49,728 nucleotides of DNA, from positions 1 to 49,728 of the forward strand of contig JAADVB010000138.1 in assembly GCA_023334545.1 (NCBI GenBank), read 5' to 3'. The notes beneath the pieces are model-generated. The model saw only the letters and a program-made list of their open reading frames with translations. It searched no databases and was not told where the DNA came from. Below are positions 46,092-49,728 of the stretch, in pieces. Made by a program: the position numbers and the translations under genes. Source of the stretch: Salisapilia sapeloensis CBS 127946. Taxonomy: Eukaryota; Protista; Oomycota. Position 1 is the stretch's first letter. Each line of letters starts with the position of its first letter.

Positions 46092-48517
46092 ATGGCTCTG
46101 AAGCTCAAGTGCCTCACCGTCTTGCTGGCGGCTGTGACTTCGCTCGCGAGTGCTAAACGCTGCTTCCCCGACGAATTCGTCTTTGGGTCTGCCGTCAGTG
46201 CATACCAGGTAGATCTTATACATCGTAGGCGCACCGACAATAATGTAGCTCATTTGAAATTACTACTGACTAGGTCGAAGGGGCCTGGAACGAAACGAAT
46301 CGAGAGCCGAATGTCTGGGACATTTCATGCCGAGAAGAGGAAGATGTTGCTTGTGCCAACGTGGCCACCGACTTCGTTCATCGCTACCCTGAAGACATTC
46401 AGCTCATGAAAGACTTCAACTTGGATACCTTCCGTTTCTCCGTCTCCTGGTCACGTGCGATGAACTGGAACAATGAGACACAGAAAATGGAGCCTAATCC
46501 GGAAGGTCTTGCTTACTACCACGCTCTCGTGGACGATCTCATCGCACACAACATCCAGCCCATCATGACGATCTACCATCTAGATCTCCCTTACCAAATG
46601 TCACTGTTCGAGCCATCGGGATGGCTAAACGATGACATGGTCGGTCACTTTAATGACTATGTGTCTCTGCTCTTCACCGAGTTTGGACACAAAGTGCCGT
46701 ACTTTGCTACGTTCAATGAGCCGTATTACGTCGTCTTCCTCTTCTACTCCGGTGAGACAGACCCGTACACTGTGGCACACAATGTCCTTCTTTCCCACGG
46801 TACCGCTGTCCAGACGTTCCGTGCTTTCCAAGAGGAGGGTATTGTAAGCGCTGACGCTCGTATCTCTTTGGTTCTGAACCTGGAGAAGCCTTTGCCGCTG
46901 GACCCTGAGAACGAGAAGGATGTCGATGCGGCCGAGCGTGCGACTGAATTTGGTCTCGGTTGGTTCCTCCAACCAATAGTCTCTGGCGAGTACCCGCAAG
47001 TGATGCGTGACCGTGTTGGTGACCGACTTCCCAACTTTACTGCAGAAGAAAGTGACATGCTTGCTGGTTCGTACGACCTCTTCATGCTGAACCATTACGG
47101 ATCGACGCTTGCAACTGACTGCAATTCGGAAGACTCAACCGTGAGCTGTGACGATCTTGCGCCAGGTATCTTTGCTGACTCTGGAGTCGACAGCACCATC
47201 TTACCCGAGGGAACGTTGCTTTCGGCAACCGACGAAGATGGCAACCACAACTGTGTCTGGTTCTCAGGATACCCAAAAGGCTATGGTGAGTTGATCCGGT
47301 GGATGCACAAGCGTGACACTAGTGCAGAAATCTTACTCACAGAGAACGGGTACTGCGGTAACGAAACGATCGATAATTCGGATCAAGTCTGGTACTTCCA
47401 GAACTTTGTCGATCAAGTCTACCAGGTCATGACGGAAGACAAGATTCCAGTGATCGGTTACACTGCATGGAGCTTCATGGACAAGTATGTTACTTTTAAA
47501 CTTTAGTGTATTGTGAGCATGAACTAATCGATTGTGTACAGCTACGAGTGGGGATCCTACAAGCCACGATTTGGACTCAACTATGTGGAATATCCGGCGG
47601 GAGTGGGCACTGTTGACGGCTACACGCCCAAGCCGTCTGATCTGAAGCGTACGCCTCGAACTGCAGCCAAATGGTTTGCAAAGTTAGCCGAGACGGGATG
47701 CATTGAAGACGCCGACGCTGCTATTGGCTACACGGATGGAAGCTCGAACGGATCAGATGCTGGTAGCTCTAGTACGATCGGATCAGACGATGATACATGC
47801 AACGATGCCGGTTGCGATGATGATGATAACGACGATGATAACAACGATGGTGTCGGAAATGGTGGTGACGATAACGATGGAACTGAAGCTCCATCTGACT
47901 CGCACGATGGCATGGATGATGGGCCTGCATCTACTCCGTCAGCAACCACTCCGTCTGATGGCAACCAAGGCGACGACACTCCTGCTTCTACACCTGCCAC
48001 AACTCCATCTAGCACATCTACAGCTGTGAGTGGAGACTGCGTTGAAGTGAGCGTGGAGCACGATGCGACATACTGCATTGATGGACCTATCTGCAGTGGC
48101 TCTGGGTCTGAGCCTGCTGGGTACAACTGTCCGACGCAAGGAGCGACGGCTATTGCAGATTGCCATGATTATCTTCTGAGCGCTTCGGATCAAGGATCTT
48201 GCATTCTTCCTGCCGATGCACAATGCCAGCGCATTGGCACTGGTGCTTGGGGTTGTGTACTGACCGGTAGCCATGCTGCCACGGATGGAACTACGTCATC
48301 AACTGAAGGTACGGTCGGAAACGACAAAGACATTTCGACTGAAACTGCTGGTTTGGAAGGCAGCGGAGCTGGTGCGTCCGTGGGTGTGATTGGTGCTGTG
48401 GCTGCTATTTCTGGTGTGGTCTGTATCGCTGTTGGAACACTGCTTTACAAAAAGTACCACGCAACGAAATCTACAGTTGTCTATGAGAACACGGCCAACA
48501 CTGTGCTGACACCTTAA
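46092..48517 (+). CDS. Glycoside hydrolase family 1 (beta-glucosidase-like) with signal peptide, acidic and Ser/Thr linker, Cys-rich module and C-terminal TM helix; 3 exons
   Basis: FVFGSAVSAYQ|VEGA, FRFSVSWSR, TFNEP (acid/base Glu), LTENG (nucleophile Glu) and WSFMDN|YEW...RFGL. Introns 46209-46273 and 47485-47541. Confidence 0.93.
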
Positions 48518-49233
48518 AAGCAGAAATGGTCCTGATACCTGGATCAACCTACCGAACAAGGTAGTTTTCGATTGATGATTTAGGGGATGAGAATGCATTC
48601 CGTTTGAATCGATAATGTGATGCATGAATGAAGTGGGTCGTTTCTATCGAAGTTAAATTATTTTCTTTTTACCGATCGAGTGAGCGTATTTTGTAAAAAC
48701 CTTCTTAATATTCAAGTGGTCTGGTGCCAAGACTAACATGGTTGATCAAAACTAAACCCGCGAGCTTGTCGCTGAATGTCTGCAGGAAGCAGACTACGCT
48801 AGGAAATGTTGAGGAGGTGAAGACTAGTGGGAGAATGAAAAGAGAGGACTTGTGAACAGATAAGGATCAGAACGTCTATATGATGTAGAAACTATGTTAT
48901 TTCTACAACAGTATCGAGAGCTTTCGAATAAATTGGCGGTCTCACTCCACTTGAAAGAGTTACGAGGGAGCAAACAACCACATTAGCATTTTTCTGAATG
49001 GTTGAGTAAACCGGAGCTGTGCTCTAAGCGTAAACAAATAATAACCGACTGCTATTTTTATTCTGCCTTTGCAACAAGATAATGCACCTCGAAATCCCGA
49101 ACGCGAGTACACTTCAATTATAGTACTGAAAATATCATGACAAGCGCTTCACTTTATCAAAGATTACTACAAACAGATCAAATCCTTTTCACTCAAACGT
49201 CACAGCTCAAGCATTATTGTTCTCCTCGTACCT

Positions 49234-49728
49234 CTATCCCATAGTGGCCAAGTCTTCCTGTCGAAGTCGCAATTCGGTCATCTTCAGCCATGCCAGTTGC
49301 CGACCACGCTCTTGGTCATTTAGGTCAAGTTCCGAAATACTACCCCTCCATATTTTTTCAACCATCGTATCCAATTCGTCTTCATCACTTGGACTATCTT
49401 GTACGACAGCATTCTCAACCGATGATTTCCTTTTGGACTGCACGATGTGAGTGCCATCCCCTGATGATGTAAACTGCGCAAAAGCACTCAGTGATCCTTC
49501 CGTCGAAGGCCTAAGCTGACCGGAATCAAACTCGTAAACTTCACCGGCGCAAGATTCTTCGTTTACCAAGTCCTTTATCTCCTCAGACAGCTGAGAGATC
49601 CTGGACGGTTCGACGATTGTGGATCCATTGCTCTCGTTTTCGTACCTTCCAGCTAGAAGTTCTTGTCGAGCAACTTTATAAGAATTGACCTGATCAGTAA
49701 AGTGGTCGCAAGTTGGGCAGATGCGAAC
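49234..49728 (-). CDS. 3' part of a gene truncated by the right window edge; begins with a CxxC knuckle (possibly the end of a FYVE-type finger)
   Basis: The frame is open from base 49728 (VRICPTCDHFTDQVNSYKVARQELL...) to TAG at 49234-49236. VRICxxC resembles the FYVE RVC motif. Confidence 0.65.
   Translation of the reverse strand, partial: VRICPTCDHFTDQVNSYKVARQELLAGRYENESNGSTIVEPSRISQLSEEIKDLVNEESCAGEVYEFDSGQLRPSTEGSLSAFAQFTSSGDGTHIVQSKRKSSVENAVVQDSPSDEDELDTMVEKIWRGSISELDLNDQERGRQLAWLKMTELRLRQEDLATMG

Noticed and set aside
48575-48590. TTTAGGG telomere-like heptamer
   Set aside because: Single copy, no array.
1-49728. tRNA, rRNA, snRNA, CRISPR arrays, LTR/TIR elements
   Set aside because: No T-loop/D-loop cloverleaf, U-snRNA hallmark, regularly spaced direct repeats or terminal repeats were seen by eye; a covariance-model search (Infernal/tRNAscan-SE) would be needed to exclude small RNAs.

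Overview
Gene-dense eukaryotic nuclear DNA, most consistent with an oomycete (stramenopile). The evidence is a GT48 glucan synthase, a PH-containing PI4-kinase, helicase-associated (HA) repeat family remnants, an oomycete-type Cys-rich surface module and short GT-AG introns; the species cannot be named from the sequence. I rebuilt by hand 16 complete spliced or single-exon gene models, 1 gene truncated by the window edge and 1 pseudogene. They include a membrane-anchored papain-like protease, an LMW-PTP-fold phosphatase, BOP1, a PH/FYVE-like/PI4K, an M50B-like peptidase, POP4/Rpp29, a 1,3-beta-glucan synthase, a PA-ankyrin-SAPS-PH multidomain protein, a GRIP golgin, a CARMIL-like LRR protein, a DHX57-like helicase, RPP21/Rpr2, a small Zn-ribbon CaaX protein and a membrane-anchored GH1. 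I saw no rRNA, tRNA, CRISPR array or intact mobile element. Best leads: (1) one polypeptide fusing ankyrin repeats to a SAPS/PP6R-like domain, with a myristoylation motif, PA and PH domains; (2) an intron-containing phosphatase with the P-loop Thr of bacterial YwlE arginine phosphatases; (3) a GH1 fused to a Cys-rich surface module and a TM anchor; (4) a strong TAG bias at 3' splice sites (24 of 27 introns). All family assignments come from recognising motifs; no database search was run.
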